Assembly (NCBI GenBank): GCA_000320545.1
Contig: ADNK01000697.1
Location: 1 to 64,000, forward strand
DNA: 64,000 nt
Reading direction: 5' to 3'
From: Bigelowiella natans CCMP2755
Taxonomy: Eukaryota > Protista > Cercozoa
Every line of letters begins with the position of its first letter. The first letter of the stretch is position 1. The position numbers and the translations under genes are program-made. The notes below the pieces were generated by a model. It was not told the origin of the DNA. It saw nothing but the letters and a program-made list of their open reading frames with translations, and searched no databases. This document shows positions 62,835 through 64,000 of the stretch, in pieces.

Positions 62835-64000
62835 CAGCCAAGCAGACAAAAACAAAAATGTTTCCCTAATGAAGACAATGAATCTGGAAATTACTCCTGT
62901 CCTTCTTCGTGTAATGTGAAGCACCTACCTATTATTATTACTATTATTATATGTTCTACTAGATCAAGGGCATGATGGCAGCAGCAGCAAACACGATAGA
63001 CCTAAAAGCTGTTCCACTGATGAGAAAAGGTGAAGGAGTATTTTTGGTTGTTCGCTACTACTACAAGTTATTACATATACTGTAGATACAGATTGTGCCT
63101 CAGGATTACTACCGGCAAATATTGCTGAAACACACATACATTTTGGAACATTTCGACAAGAAGCAAGACCCAACAACGTGATCGTCCTTTTATGATTTTG
63201 GAAATTTGCAATTTGCAACAGCACTCTACTAATCCTTCTTTCTCTCCCCCACCTCCTCCTCTCCTCCTCTCCATTTCATTCGCTGTATTATTCGTCATTC
63301 CAGGAGGGACTTCTACAGCGCAGTCGCTGTTGTCAAATCCGCCATTTTCATGCGAAATAGAGCGGATTCTCACGCATATTGAAAGCCCTTCCATCAAAGG
63401 GCATGGGCAGCAGAATGATGATGATGATGAGGAGGAGGAGAAAACAACAGATGACGACGCTGAGACAGAGGACGAGAATGATGATGGTGATGGAGGAGGA
63501 GATCAATTTGCTAATAGAAGAAGTAGAGAAAGAAGAGAGAATGGTGCTGATGGTAAAGATGAAAATAGAACTACTTCCAAAAGCGACGACAAGGATAGAA
63601 ATGTTGTTATTAGAAGATCAGCATCAGACCTAGCAGAATATGGTGCTAGTAAAGCTGTTAACGATGGCAATGGTAGTAGAGGTGATGATGATGATGATAA
63701 TGATGATGATGATGGAGCAACAACAGGGATAGATAGCACCAACAGAAGACGAAGGAGGAGAAAGAGAGAAATGCTACAAGCAGCCGATCTTGCATCTCCA
63801 TTTCCTACTCTCCCTTCCTCCTCTGTATCATCATCATCATCGTCGTCGTCGTCATGTAATGCAACCAAGAGCAAAAAGAACCACCAGTCTATTACTGCTA
63901 CTACCACTACCACTAGTGCCGCTACTACTACTACTACTACAACTTCTACTACTACTACTCCTACAAGCACTAAAAGTTGTTACTGCTACTATCTGGTGAA
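61713..64000 (+). CDS. 5' part of a tandem-chromodomain protein (CHD-like N-terminus), truncated by the window end
   Basis: ELDSIIAYR|..GRQIEYLVRWKRLSDIHASWEP (chromodomain 1). An ATG-less frame open from ~63304 to 64000 has CEIERILTH...YYLVK (chromodomain 2). First exon MVEDSG...SNE (61713-) splices in frame to AIESNS. Confidence 0.75.

Larger units (their letters stand above)
1..64000. repeat. Pervasive microsatellites: (AG)n, (AC)n, (AT)n, (GTA)n, (CAT)n, (AAG)n, mostly intronic, some coding (poly-S/D/T)
   Basis: Examples: (TC)n 71-104, (CA)n/(GA)n ~3446-3510, (TA)n ~9077-9105, (GTA)10 24611-24640, (AAG)n ~39945-39990. Confidence 0.95.

Noticed and set aside
65-63999. Many 60-130 aa ORFs with poly-V, poly-L, (SL)n, (ER)n, (CV)n, (HT)n, (YI)n
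   Set aside because: Translations of microsatellites, which lack stops in several frames.
1-64000. rRNA, tRNA, telomeric repeats, intact transposase or reverse transcriptase ORFs
   Set aside because: None recognised by eye; tRNAscan-SE, Infernal and a TE-domain HMM scan are needed to exclude them.

Overview
Eukaryotic nuclear DNA from a microsatellite-rich, intron-rich genome. It is most likely a chlorarachniophyte (Rhizaria): two genes carry bipartite signal+transit leaders, and a GG-S-MQIF ubiquitin junction matches the cercozoan polyubiquitin insertion. About 16 genes can be built by hand from GT-AG spliced exons; most short ORFs in the track are microsatellite or antisense artefacts. Recognisable genes: a SelU/PRXL2-type peroxiredoxin-like protein with in-frame TGA at the catalytic Cys (likely selenoprotein), a head-to-head inverted pair of secreted Cys-rich genes, a NIPA-type transporter, plastid terminal oxidase, a Deg/HtrA protease, a ~1236-aa NodZ/GT23+DUF3431+GT10 glycosyltransferase fusion, a PH-PH-RGS-FHA protein, a CsgA-like SDR, chorismate mutase, an EF-hand protein, a multi-UBL/SAM/ubiquitin(G76T) protein and the 5' part of a double-chromodomain gene. 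Genes mostly form divergent pairs with short spacers. The gaps downstream of gene 3' ends hold 0.2-1.5 kb islands rich in short palindromes. No rRNA, tRNA, CRISPR array or intact transposon was recognised. All models and family calls come from manual reading; no search was run.
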